A program made the translations under genes and the position numbers. Positions 51,471 to 64,000 of a stretch of DNA of 64,000 bases are shown here, in pieces. The notes beneath the pieces were generated by a model, which did not search any database, was not told the origin of the DNA, and saw only the letters and a list, made by a program, of their open reading frames with translations. Each line of letters begins with the position of its first letter. Position 1 is the first letter of the stretch. Source of the stretch: Hydrolagus affinis (taxonomy: Eukaryota); assembly GCA_012026655.1 (NCBI GenBank), contig JAAILG010000200.1:1-64000 (forward strand), written 5' to 3'.

Positions 51471-52941
51471 AAACTTTTCATCAGATTTCAAATATTTATA
51501 TTTGTTTACTTGTATTGCTCTACTGTAAAGCGTCATGACAGTAACTAGAGATTTTAATAGTCTACTTACAGCTTTGAATCACAGTTGAACTAACACATTC
51601 TGTATTAACTGTATTCTAGTTCATCTTTATTAAAATAACAAATTCCTTGTTAAAATATGCACTGCACCATCGTTTAACTGTCCTAAAATAATCCTGCATT
51701 GTTTCGAGGGTGAGTGAGCGTACAACTTGCAACCGAAGCTGTAGAGTTAAAACGACCGAAATGAGGCGACGTTAATTTATGTAAACACAAAATAAATCAT
51801 GTGGTAATGTTTCAAGAATCCATTTGTTCTTGATAATTGTTAAGTATCCCAGGTGTAAATGTTGTTCACATTGAAACGATGTCAATTCTTTCTCTCTCTG
51901 GTTTTACAGATTTCTCAGCTCTTTTCTGAGCGGTCTTTTTTTAAAAAAAATGTCAAAAAGCCCAAACGCCAATGATTGGCACTTTATAATGGCATTTTTT
52001 GATCATTCCGGATAAACATATCATAACATTTTTCGATGTATTTCACGTACTTTAACGTTACAGCTGATCTCATCGATTCTACATATGACATCGACGTTGT
52101 CCATAATACTATGGTCCTTGCATACTTTAGAAGACAGATACAATGAAAGTATTGGTATAAATAATCATTGTTTTGTGTAACACCGATATCGTTTGTCACA
52201 ATATACTCTTCTTTGGTACAAATTTTGAAGCGCATGTCAGGCTATGGATTTAATATGTTCTTACCATTACCCTGTTGCTGATAAAATCAATAGGAGTATA
52301 TCTGGTTAACAGGAATTCTTTACAGTGTTATTGAAACATAACATAAATAAAATCGGCGGGTTGTTTGTTAATTTACAATAACAACAACCAGCATTATTTT
52401 GCACCTGGAAAGTTTCAAATTGATAATCCACTTGTTAATGTGATGATTTTAGACATCTGTTGTGAAATTATTTGACAAGTTACCAACACAACGCAAAAAA
52501 GCTCTGATTTCATTCAGTACAAAACAAGAGGAAAGGGAAAGAATAGTCTTTATTCAACCCTCTGAAATGACACAAAGAAATAACCCAAATAATCTGGCTG
52601 ACTTTAATGGAGTTTATGGAAAAAAATCCAGAAATAATAGGACCAATCACTGAGACATAACACTTTTCCCCCAATCAGACGTTTCCCACAGTCTTCACCT
52701 CTACATAAAAGTCAAATACCACAGTATATATATATTCAAGTTTTCAAAAAAAAGTCGAAAACAAAAGCGTTTGAAACTATTATTGATATGAACTGACAGG
52801 GCAATGGTCTCCCAAATAAAATCAGTAAATTAATGTTGATCAAAAAGACAAAAAGTCTGTTTATGATTCTGTATGTTTGTAGAAGAGTGCCAAATATGCA
52901 TTATTTCATTTAAGATTGAATGTCATTGGAGAAATCACCAT

Positions 52942-53009
52942 TACAACAACAAGAATTGCATTTATATAGCGCCTTTCACGTTGGGAGGACGTCCTAACGT
53001 GCCGCACAG
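52942..53009 (-). mobile_element. L2 3' tail fragment
   Basis: acaacaacaagaattgcatttatatagcgcctttcacgttgggaggacgtcc. Confidence 0.8.
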
Positions 53010-56000
53010 TCAATGTTTCGGCATTCATTACATTTATGAACGCTTATATACCATAATATAAAAAAGTGAGAACCGATTTTCGTATGTTTTGCTCCTCGTC
53101 TTAGTGACAAAGTACTGGAGAACAAAGAACAATTCTGAGACTATTATATATATTTTAAAACATTGATTTGTCAAATTGTTATTCTTTTAAATTGGATATA
53201 ATACAAATCGGTATACAATTTGAAACCCCCAAATTCAAGGGATTCAATGATTTAGTGTTATATCAATGTCCTTTCACCTTTGAGATCTGGAGCCAAGATA
53301 TTTGGATCATTGTTCGTTCTTTGATGGCTCTTGGGAATTGTAACTGAAAGAGATCGGGCAGTCTTAACTCAGTTTTCAGTGGATATAAATCCTCAGCAAC
53401 AAAAATCCCCACGATCTGGCAGTTATTGCAACTAATTGGGTGGATAATCTTACCCAGCATTCTAACAGGACATTTTTGTTTATAGAAACTGGAAATATAA
53501 GGGAATGCAGTAAGCAATACTGTGTTGAGTTTGGGGAGGTACATATTTGGACACACAGACACATCAAATATCCCTCTCATTCCAACACATCCATGAATTT
53601 GTATTTCTGAAATTAAGAGGATTGGTATCTTATTGGTATCTTGGGAAACAATGTAGGAATAGAGAAACTAAGTTAAAATGATGGAATGTAAAGCTGTTAT
53701 TAGAAAAACTGAGATATACAACTTAATGGCACCTGCATTTATTAGATTCATTTAACACGACAAGTTTTACTCTAGGAACTCCATAATCTGATTATTATGC
53801 AAGAATGCACAGACATTTGGGACCTTGACAAAGCAATACATGTCTGCCCCGTGATTTAATTAGCTATGTGTTGCTTCTATCTAAATCATATTTTTGCATG
53901 CATATAATTGAATCGTAATAGCGACAACTTTAATCATTATTTACTAAAAATACATATATATATTTCTTCTCATGTGTGGATGAGATGTATGATCATTCAG
54001 TCTTGACTTTTGAATAGGATTTTATTAGCTTTTTTATAGTGTGCTTAAAGTATACACATTTAGGATCATATATGGAGACACATATGACTAGTTAAACAAA
54101 TGATATTTCCAACTAAAACAAATTACATTTGTTCATTCAAACTTCTCAATAATATCATGTCATCTTCTGTCTACCACCATAAGTACTAATACTCGTGCTT
54201 GCTCTGTTATAACTTAATTCAGGCACTGCTGCAGTAATTTTGAGACACGCATTTGCAATCACAGTCACATGATAGTGAAAGAAATTCCAGCAGTATTTAC
54301 ATGTATACATGAACGTAACAAATAATAATGATTTATGCCAAGATGCCATGTATTTGGAGTGGGTATATCACAGGGATCAACTCGCTGACTTTCAAGACAA
54401 TACATATTGAGGATAAGTACTAACGCAGTATATAACATATTTTATTAGTAGAACAAGTTATTGTTAAGAAAACTTATTTTTCTTTGAGGGCATTTCCCCT
54501 TTTATTTTTCGCTCTGGTCTTCTGACAGGCCATAGTAACCTTCACATGCAGAATTCTGTTTTGGGCTACTGGTAGATGAAAGATGATTTTGTCTCTGTTA
54601 CCCGCTTCCTCCACCACCTCTCCCAACTGCCTCCCCCCCACCCCCACCCCACACACACACACCCCTCCCCCCTCCGTGGGAAAGTGTCTGGCTTTTGTTG
54701 AGGCCCTCCCAGAACAGTTGAGATTGGGAAGGCATCAACATGTAGGGTCAAGCTTTGTCCCAATGTTGCGGTGGTCTTGTCCATTGGTATATGTACCTGT
54801 TTTATTATCAGGAATAGACTTACACAATTATAATCGTCTCCAGTGTTGAGTGGAGTTCAGTACCCAGGCGTTCGGGTAATTGAGGTACAATGTTTTCCGA
54901 AACATTGTTGACAGCTTTAAATAATAAACGGAGGAACAAAAATCAGGAAGGTTCAGTCAGTTAGGTCAATGGATTTGCTGCATATTTGTAATTTTGATTA
55001 TAGTCTTAAATGAAATAAACAATTCCTAATATTTATATAGAGCATGATAAATAAAGAATATACCGTATGCACATTCTCATTCATATACATTCACATAGTT
55101 CGACAGACATAATGTATTTAATTCGCGAATGTAATTACTGTATTTAATTTGTTCAATAATATCATATCTGCCTTGTATCAGCTTCATATTCATTCATACT
55201 TTCCGGCTGCTTTCGGTACCAGCTGGAGTGATATGTAACAGACCGCTTCCTGACAAGATTCCAAAACTGTCATTAGAGGGGTATGGTTGAGTGCACTCTC
55301 TTCCCCAACTCCCCATCCTCCACTCTACATCCCAACCCGTCTTGCTCAAAATTCGGTGGTGTCAAGTTTCGCGTGTTTCTTTCGGTCTGGGATGTGTCAT
55401 TCATTAGAATGGAAAACAACAAGTTTTTTTTTGTTTAAAAATGTAACCCCCTCAATAATAAATACAGATCATAAGTGCAGCTAGGTTTGAAATTAGTGTC
55501 ACTTTTGCTTAATCCTAAGTGTTGCCCCTGACATTGCATCAATGTTGACAGCTCTGATTTCCTATGTTTCTTATGGAAATAGGTACTTCCCAATCCGGTA
55601 ATAGAGTTCCTAGATTTTTTTTTATTCTCAGCTGTTACCACTATCTTTGAAAGGTGGCAAGGATATACTCTTGCCCAGTATACCAACATGATCTCTCCCA
55701 ATCTGAACTAGTTCCGTATACATTAATACCACTTCAGAGCTGTCAACCTCAAGGAAGTGTTTAAGAGAGAGATTCTTGATCCAGAAAAGCGAGGACGATT
55801 GCAAACCTGTTTGAACATTTGAAGCTTGTTTTTTTTTCGCAAATATACAACAAAATGTATTCTGGGTGATTTTCTTACAAATTACTAATTGAAACTCAGG
55901 TGGAGAGGCATGAATAATGGAGTTCAATATTTGTGTTTTGTGGAAGACAATTATTTTCCAGAAGCAGTGGAAGAGCCCACTGAAAGGCTATCAAGCGGTT

Positions 56001-58198
56001 CAGGTGGGTACGAGTTGTTGCATTTGGTTTCGATAAATGAATTATCTGAAAAACTATTCCATTTATTGTTATTTATTATAAACAGGCTTTCACGCTCCTC
56101 AGTAACTGGAGTAAAGCGGAACACCGTGGAAGAGGGGAATTGCGTCAGTAGCCGCTGGAAATAATTCAATTGATATAACTTTTAAATTTGTTTTTAATTT
56201 CAGAATTTCGCCAAGAGCCATTCTCACTGGATGTTAATCAAAGCATGGCTAAACCATTAATAGGTGTGATCAGACAACAGGCACAACCCAACTGATTTTT
56301 ATTCCTATTTAATTTCTGGGTGCATGTGGGATTTTATCAGTGACCGAGGAAATCTGCTCCAGCTATTGCTAATTATCACATGATTTCCCTCACCACAACT
56401 GATAATTCTGGCCTTTCTGTTTTTAAAACAAGAAAATATAGTTTTTTTTCCATTTTCCATCTGATTTCTCCCTTACCTTCCCATCCAGGAAACCAAGATT
56501 TATGGCGTGGAATTCCTCAGTCAAGGGTTTTTTCGGTACATTCTCTGAATAACTTTTCTTCATATTTGAGCCAAATAGATTGAACATTGCTAGACGATTC
56601 GACCACAATGCCGTGACACCCAATCTCGTCTTCATCACCTTGGCTTCTCATATGTGTTTTCTTGAAGGAGACAAAAATGATAAAGTTAAGCTCATTATAT
56701 AATAATTATAATAATAATTCTTTCATTTGATAATCAGGATTGCACACCCTGCCCAGTGTTGGCTTGTAGGGTTCACTACTGACCCGGGTTGAGCTTCGAT
56801 CACCAGTAAAGGGGAGATTAGTAATAATATATATTTTTAACATTATTGGTACACTGTCTTATACTTGGGTGATTGGTTGCTGGGGTCTCGATCAGAGCCA
56901 ATAGCGATTATAGAGTAAACAGAAATGCCTGGATTGTCATTTTGCACCCTCTCTGTAAAAGAGGGATGGGTCACAGAGAGAGATGGTGGTTGGGGGTGGG
57001 TGGGGGTAAGATGATGTGTTGGGAATTCTTTTGGACACAAACTAACCTTTGCTAATGATGACTTTAGATTTAGTTGGGCAGCTGTTTGGGTTAAAGGGAT
57101 ACAGTATTGTGAAGTGTGCACGTAGGTAAGGTAAATCTAAAACTTTAATGCAGACGAGGGTGGGTGTGTGTGTGTAGAAGGAGCTGAATTCCTGGAGCAT
57201 TCCCCCCCCACCCCCACCACCCCAACCACCCCCTTTATTCCCAGGTCAGATAGAGGGTCAGCTGAAGGTATGGAATCTCTCATTACAGAATGCTGCCCTC
57301 GCAGATAAAGGAACGACCAAGAAGTTAATGGTTGGAAAGCCACGTATTGTTTTGCGTCAAACCTGGTGACTGTGTGGACTGAGGGCAACTGAGGGCGGTG
57401 TGGACACATTACCAGGACCGAGTTCACTGGCACCACCGCGCTGGTAAGTACCCCCTTGACACGTTCTCACCTGTGGTTGGACTTTGCTTGACTTGGCTTG
57501 TAACAAGTCCAACACCCCCTTTCCATCTTCCAGCGGCACTGCTCCAATCGATTTCCATTTCATTTGTTTTCTCCCATACACGCGAATCGCAAGAGCAGCA
57601 ATCCAACTTGGATAGTAAAATGCTGAACTGTTAGAAGGCAATCCATTCACCAACAGATGCAATTAAACAGCAGGTTTTTTTTTACCTTTGCATTATGTGG
57701 AGAGTATTTTTTTGTACCAGAGTGAGCTAAAGCAGGAAGTCGGTAACCACAGACAAAGCTTCTAGGATCATATCCATCCTCCACACACACATACACACAT
57801 ACCCACATACAACTCTGGACGAAAACTTTTATCCAGTGAAAATGAGGTCAATTGGGTGAATCGCTCTTCGAGATTGAGGGCTTTCAACATTGAAATATTA
57901 TCACTGACCTCTTCTCTTAAGCGCATCCAGTAGATTTTTTAAAATATATATTGGAACAACAAACACATCGATGTTTTCTTTTGCTGTGTAACCCTAAACT
58001 GGCTTTCATTCTTGCTTGCAAACTATGCAAGATGTACCAATAGTGCATTCAACCCCAGACACGTTGACATTAATATTTCCGTTTAGCTACAACTGGTTTC
58101 ACTGTAAACAATAAGGTACAGGTACTGTGCAATTTTTGCCAATGTGACCATAACATAAAAATGAGTTTCCAATCTAAACAATTTAAACACAAACTATG

Positions 58199-58296
58199 CA
58201 CGGAGCAGAATTCCCTGGTTCTGCTCCGTGTGGTCATTGCCACCAAATGTATTGGTGGCAATGACCACACGTGTGGTCATTGCCACCAATACATTT
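58199..58296. repeat. Overlapping perfect inverted repeats including a 52-bp perfect palindrome
   Basis: 12-bp arms 58199..58210/58219..58230; 20-bp arms 58227..58246/58252..58271; spacerless palindrome 58245..58296. Confidence 0.95.
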
Positions 58297-58657
58297 ATTT
58301 ACCACCATAATTTTTTTGGTGGGGGGAGAGGGAGGTGGATCAGCTGGGTTTCTAACTTATGCAGAAACCCCTCTCTGTGCTTCAGTCAATCGAAACCAAA
58401 CTTAGAGTTTCATGCATCTTATCTATACATAGAAATTCCAGAGATGATGTTTAATGGTATGGAATGTGCATTCTCTAGGGAGCTTGGAATACTGTTCACC
58501 TAATTCTGGAAAGAATCAGGCACAGGTGAGCAAGAGGCCAGCCTTATGGATTCCAGTGTGTGCATTGGATATTGATGTGATCCTCTGTTCCTGACCTGTG
58601 CATCACTGCTGTTTGTGTAAATAACTATACCAATATATGTAAAAAGATGCATTGTGT

Positions 58658-58694
58658 TAACAACAACACAATTACATTTATATAGCGCCTTTCA
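58658..58694 (-). mobile_element. Minimal L2 tail fragment
   Basis: aacaacaacacaattacatttatatagcgcctttca. Confidence 0.7.
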
Positions 58695-59627
58695 ATTTAC
58701 TTCTGCAATATTGTGAGCAAAGAGTTCAAGCACTACCAATATAAACTATTTTAAATTCTAAAATATAATTCCAACAGCAAAATGCCAAATATACTTTCCA
58801 GTACGAAATGTTATAAGCTTCAAAAGAATATTGCTCATAAGCAATGCAGTTAAGGATACTGAGAAGGAAGACTTGAGTTTTCATTAAAATTAATTGAAAT
58901 TATATTATAGCCAATATTAGATGTGGACATTATAGTATTCATGTGTATCAGTAAAGTAAATCCAATACCACTTTAGGCCTAATCACATTGCAGAGAATTG
59001 ACAGCTAACCATCCTTTGCTGTCCACTGTGAACCCTTCTGGCAAATCAAAACAATGAGTTAAAAGCAGAAATAGTAAACAAAAACTGTATTTCTGTCTAT
59101 TATGACAATAACATGCTTTGTACTATTTTGCAAGAGGTAATGAATCTTGTGATTCAGGTGACATTAATAAATTGACCAAGTTTCTCTTTTGTGATTCATG
59201 ACTGTTCCTTAAAATAAGATGGGCTGTAATACATAACATGTATCCCGATCAAATGTGAATTAATATGAGTACTAAACTGAGATTTATCTGAAAGCAAGAT
59301 GATTGGAAGACAGGTGACTGTTGTGATACTTAAAAAAAAATAGATTTAAAGTATTCCTGCTGCATTATGAAGGATTTAAAGCTTACCTACTGCATGTTTT
59401 CTCAACCACTGGTCCATAATGAAAATACGAGGAGACCCTGCATAAAATACACTGCCAAAATCCCACAATCCTTCAAAGATAAAATGACAGCATTGTAAGT
59501 GAAGCATATGGATCAGCACTTTTTTAGAATTATGGCAAATACATCGATTCTGAGTCGACACTCAATGCTGGCTTTTCACACTGCTTTTTGTATATATGAT
59601 AAACATTTTTTTTAGAGAGAAAGGGCA

Positions 59628-59811
59628 TAATATAATAATTTGGTCACTCAATCCATGACTGTTTGTGAGACACTGCTGTGTGCAATTGGCTGCCATGTTT
59701 TGCCCACAAATATAGTCAATTCACAATACAGTATATTCTGTGAAGCGATTTGAGACGTCTAGAAAACATGAAAAGTGCTATATCAAATGCAAGGATTATT
59801 AGTATTATTAT
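59628..59811 (+). mobile_element. SINE 3' half
   Basis: ctgtttgtgagacactgctgtgtgcaattggctgcc...gtgctatatcaaatgcaaggattattagtattatt. Confidence 0.9.
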
Positions 59812-61926
59812 AAAGTTCTAATTTCTTATATTTTAAATATTGAAATAATATAAATTTATAAAGCAAATTGAGAAAATAACAGATATACTGTTTCAGATAT
59901 TTATGACAATCTGTTTAATTCTATCGGAAGAAGATAAAATAAAATTGTGAATTTTGTGTAAAATAAATTGTGAATTTTTAACTTCATTTGCATGGTAAAG
60001 CGATTTAGTGGTTTCCGGAATTCTGCAGTGTGGGTGCCTTCTTTAGGGGGAAAAAGAGGTACAACATCAAAGATTTTGATCTGACAGGAAAATTACATTT
60101 CCGCCGTTACAAAGGGGTAATCAGCAGGAAAAAAAACCTGGTCACAATCACAGTTTGACATGGTCTGTCAGATGCGGAAAAAACACACTTATGCTCATCT
60201 GCCTGAGGATGCCACAGACATCAATCTTGCGGATTGACAATTAAAGTACATCATATCATTTCTGGTAACCAACATAAAATGTCCTGTTCATTTTCCAAAT
60301 GTCCCTGTCAACATTTTGAAGACTTGAACAATGGCTTGTCGGCAACAAAAATCTTAAACTAACAACTAATCAATGTGGCTGATATATTTACAGAAATTTT
60401 AAGCATAAAAATCAACATTATTGTATCTTCTCTAAATACTGTTCTTTGTGATCCCATGGTTATGCTGTTCCTTAGTATAATCATCACAAATCTATTTAAT
60501 TTGATTAAATAAGTCAAGCATCTGTTATTACTTTCATTTTAAACAGTTCACCTAATGTCATGTAACAGCTAAGTAATTCATTCATCCCTGGTGTCATGCT
60601 GTTTAAAGAATAGTATTTCAAATGCAGCAAAGATAAAATGTTGGCTATTTACTTTTCTGCACTGAGAGTTTGCCATGCAGACACTTCTGCTCACTCACTG
60701 ACCTGTAAAATCTCAGGTGGTGATCAGGATATGATAGTTAAAGTTTTATTTTAATACATTCAAGTTATATTCACAGGCTTTAAGTAATTTGTTAAACACC
60801 TGTCTGTTTTGTGGGAAATTTTAACATGCCACATGAATCCGCAGGAACTCAGAGGGATTTTCTCACAGTGCATCAGCAATTCACTGTAAAACCAAATGTT
60901 GTAAAATTAATCACTGCACAATTACAGAAATATCAACTGTATTACAACTCACCACAGATGAAAGCTGCCATTCAAATGTTGATAAGCAAAACTGCAAAAT
61001 AATTATTAATACAAAGCTTAAAGTAAGAAATGTATCATTTAAACATTTTGAAAATACAGTACTTCTAAAATACATGAAGCTAAGGAAAACTAGGTGGAGA
61101 TTCTTCACCCTTTCTCAGTGAACCACAAAGAATGAAGATGTGTATGATTTTTGCAAGAGTGGAATGGGTTGTCTATCAGTTGTGTATTGGCGACAGTCTG
61201 TCTGCAGACCGTAAGATGATCTCCACAGCTTCAGAGGAAAGCAGGCAGGATTCCGGGCTTGCGAGCATAGATATTGATCTACCTCAGGCATCCAAACAAT
61301 GCCTCACCTGTTTGCCTTGTTCGTATTTTATTTTATGCAGCCTAATGCGTGTTTTGTTTAGCTTTTCTTTTATTTATGTGGATCTGAGGTTTGATACACT
61401 TTGGGAGTGTATAAACAGTGTTGTACTTGAACACCACCATACTTTCAAGCCCCTTGGTGGTTCTAGACCACCCCCTCCTTGTAGATACATATACTGTGAT
61501 ACCAGATTAAATTAACAGCTAAAAAAAGTTCATAAAGTGGATGTTAAATTAGAAAGGCTATGCACAACATACTAATAAGTTGTGCACTGTGACTTATGAC
61601 TAATATTTAAAATCTTCACCTTTTCATTTTTTCATTTTTTAAACTGAAACTAACTCCTCTTTGGTTTTTAAATAAACATTTGAAAGTCTATTGTCATGGT
61701 GGTGGTAACACAACTTTTATAAACTGCATAGACAAATGTATCTGACATGTAGGAAACACAATGATTATTTGAAATCTGTTTATTTCGGAATTCTAAAATG
61801 ATAGAAACTGTTAAATAGGTTAAAATAATAATTGTGAAGCTATTCTTTGCACCTAACATTTGATATTTTTCTGTTGGTTTAAAGGATTTTTTTTGATGGA
61901 ATTACTATTTATCCTGACCCCTTACT

Positions 61927-61997
61927 GTTCAGCGCCTTAGGATGTCCAAACTCTGCGAAAGGTGTTCTACAAATGTAATTTTGCTGCTGTTGTTGTA
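61927..61997 (+). mobile_element. L2 3' tail fragment
   Basis: cagcgccttaggatgtcc...gaaaggtgttctacaaatgtaattttgctgctgttgttg. Confidence 0.65.
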
Positions 61998-62317
61998 TTT
62001 CTAAAGATTTGTTTCGCTTTTAGGTAAATTCAGTGCTCAGATTCTGCAGTAAGGGAAATGTTTGATAACATATTATGTTGTACAATACTATAAGAAACAA
62101 AATTTTGGAAGTTCCAACATTGTTGGCATAATCTATGAACAGGATTGCTAACTCTAATTTGAATGTATACATAAAGATGGAGAGCTAGCAGGAAGATTTC
62201 AGTATGCAAATTGATAAATATTTCTCCAGTGAGAACAGGAATATCAGTTAGAGAATATTGTGGCCTATGTCTGATACAATGTTCCTGCTGTCAATGATAA
62301 AAAACACGTAAATACGC

Positions 62318-63135
62318 CAGCACCTTCACACCTCAGGCACTGGCAGCATCAACCTCCATGGTTGCACACTCCATCTCACCAAGCCAGTCAGGAACCTAGG
62401 TATTCTTATTTGATCCTCAACTATCTTTCCAGCCCTATATGCAAGCCATGACCCACTCTGCCTTGCTTCACTTCCGCAATATTACCTGACTCCACCTTTA
62501 CCTCACCCCTCAGGTTGTTGAAACCCTCATTCATGTCTTCATTATATCCATGCTCAACTACCTCAACGCCCTGCTTGTCGGCCTTCCAATTCCTCCCTCC
62601 ACAGGCTGCAGATAATCCAGAACTCTGCAGCCCATGTCCTCTACCGCTCCACCCCATCTCCCCCATTCTCACCTGACTCCATTGGCTTCCCAGCACCCAG
62701 AGGATTTAATTCAAGATCCTGGTCCTCACTTTCAAAGCCCTCCAAGGCCTCACCCCACCCTACCTCGGGGAACCTCCTAACCCCCTACCAACCTGCTCAC
62801 TCCCTCCACTCAGCAGGCTCCGGCCTGCTCCATGTCCCCCTACCCACCAGCCCCAGCATTGGCAAGCAAGCCTTTAGCCACTCTGCCCCTAACCTCTGGA
62901 ATTCCATTCTGCAGTCCCTCCACCTCACACCATCCATAGCCTCCTTCAAGTCACGCCTTGAGACCCTCCTCTTCAATGGTCCCATCGGTCATTCCAAATC
63001 CCCTCCTCTCCCTCCATCTTTCCCGATCCCTACCCCAGCTCAGGTCTGAAACATTGACTGTCCAGTGCCCTGGGAAGTTCCCCCCGACATGAAAGGCGCT
63101 ATACAAATGTAAATTTATTGTTGTTCTTGTTGTTG
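62318..63135 (+). mobile_element. 5'-truncated L2 LINE (ORF2 3' part, 3'UTR, (TTG)n tail)
   Basis: Same family as 1..660 in opposite orientation. C-rich ORF2 end encodes HISPILT*LHWLP, FKILVLTFKALQGLTPPYL and GKQAFSHSAPNLWNS-like motifs. Tail tgaaaggcgctatacaaatgtaaatttattgttgttcttgttgttg. Confidence 0.92.
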
Positions 63136-63249
63136 AACATAAGAAAATCTCCTTGTGTGTGTGTATATATATGTGTCTGACCATACAAAGTCAATGAAGC
63201 AAAAAAATGTCAGTTCATTGACCCATCTCTTAAATTCAAGCCTGGCTTC

Positions 63250-63316
63250 TCAACAACAACAATTTGAATTTATGTAGTATTCTTCACGGTGAAAAGCATC
63301 TCAGCGTGCTCCACAA
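63250..63316 (-). mobile_element. Degenerate L2-type tail fragment
   Basis: caacaacaacaatttgaatttatgtagtattcttcacg...catctcagcgtgctccacaa. Confidence 0.5.
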
Positions 63317-63321
63317 TTGCA

Positions 63322-63960
63322 AGGTACGACTGCCCATTGTCACCCACCCTATTCAATGTATTTATCAATGACGTGTTGAATGGCATTGATGGGGATGGAC
63401 TTGGTGTATTTGTTCCAGGCCTTTCTGACAGGATTGTGGAATTTCTGTTCATGTAGGATATTGTGCTACCGGTAGACTCGCTTTGGGACCTTTTGAGCTG
63501 CAGTGAACATTTTGGACACACAGTGGGACATCATGATGGGTTCCCCAAAGGGTAGAATCATTCTATATTGGCTCAAGAGAAGACATTGAGGGTATTGATT
63601 GGAAGATACAAGGAGCATCAATCCCAATTGTTGATTCTTATTGGTATCTTGGAGGTTTTGGTAGACACCAACTTTTGCTTGGACACAGCCCTGAAGGACT
63701 GTACAGAGATTGGGTGAAAGGCACTAAGGTCATGCTCGTCTCACTTGAAGAACAGCCAGGTTCCAATATAGGCCAAGCTTGTTGTACATAAGACCTATAT
63801 GCAAACAGTTCTCCTTTATGGATCTGAGTGGAGGGGTTTCTCCAGTTCATTCACAATTTATAGGATCAAAGCAGTGAGGTGTATTTGTGGCAAACACTGG
63901 AAGCAGTGACAGGGAGGGAGGACTCCGGCCTACATTGAGCACCCTGGAGGTAACAATCTT
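63322..63960 (+). mobile_element. Non-LTR retrotransposon RT fragment of a second, non-L2 family (RTE/RTEX-like), decayed
   Basis: Manual translation gives YDCPLSPTLFNVFINDVL...IVEFLFM*DIVL (cf. QGCPLSPxLFNxFIND...LLFADDIVL), then IPIVDSYWYLG and LLYGSEW, with stops and frameshifts. Confidence 0.75.
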
Positions 63961-64000
63961 TTTTAATCATGGGGATTGTTCACTAGGACAAACTAAAAAA

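Noticed and set aside
1-64000. CRISPR arrays, rRNA, operons, or other protein genes among the short ORFs
   Set aside because: Vertebrate DNA with no repeat-spacer array or rRNA motifs. The remaining 60-150 aa ORFs lack recognisable domains and mostly derive from repeats or microsatellites.

Overview
Vertebrate genomic DNA, AT-rich and gene-poor. The repeat families suggest a cartilaginous fish, probably a holocephalan; this is an inference. The only supported protein-coding gene is an intronless-CDS FoxG1 orthologue (35751..36986, +, 411 aa). It has a GC-rich TATA-less promoter, a uORF-containing 5' leader and a 3'UTR with miR-9, miR-200, miR-33 and miR-30 seed matches plus a poly(A) signal. 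The gene lies in a ~31-37 kb CpG-retaining domain whose core is nearly free of transposons, with a 100-N gap at 32414..32513. The flanks carry decayed L2-clade LINEs, tRNA-headed Deu-domain SINEs sharing the L2 3' tail, a TTAA-flanked MITE, a probable hAT transposase remnant and a second RT fragment. Most notable: (1) a chain of overlapping uORFs (ATGA, then TGATG) running directly into the FoxG1 start codon; (2) the broad CpG-retention domain, visible even inside SINE copies; (3) two fold-back palindromes that look like template-switch repair scars. Repeat boundaries and family names were read by eye and are approximate.
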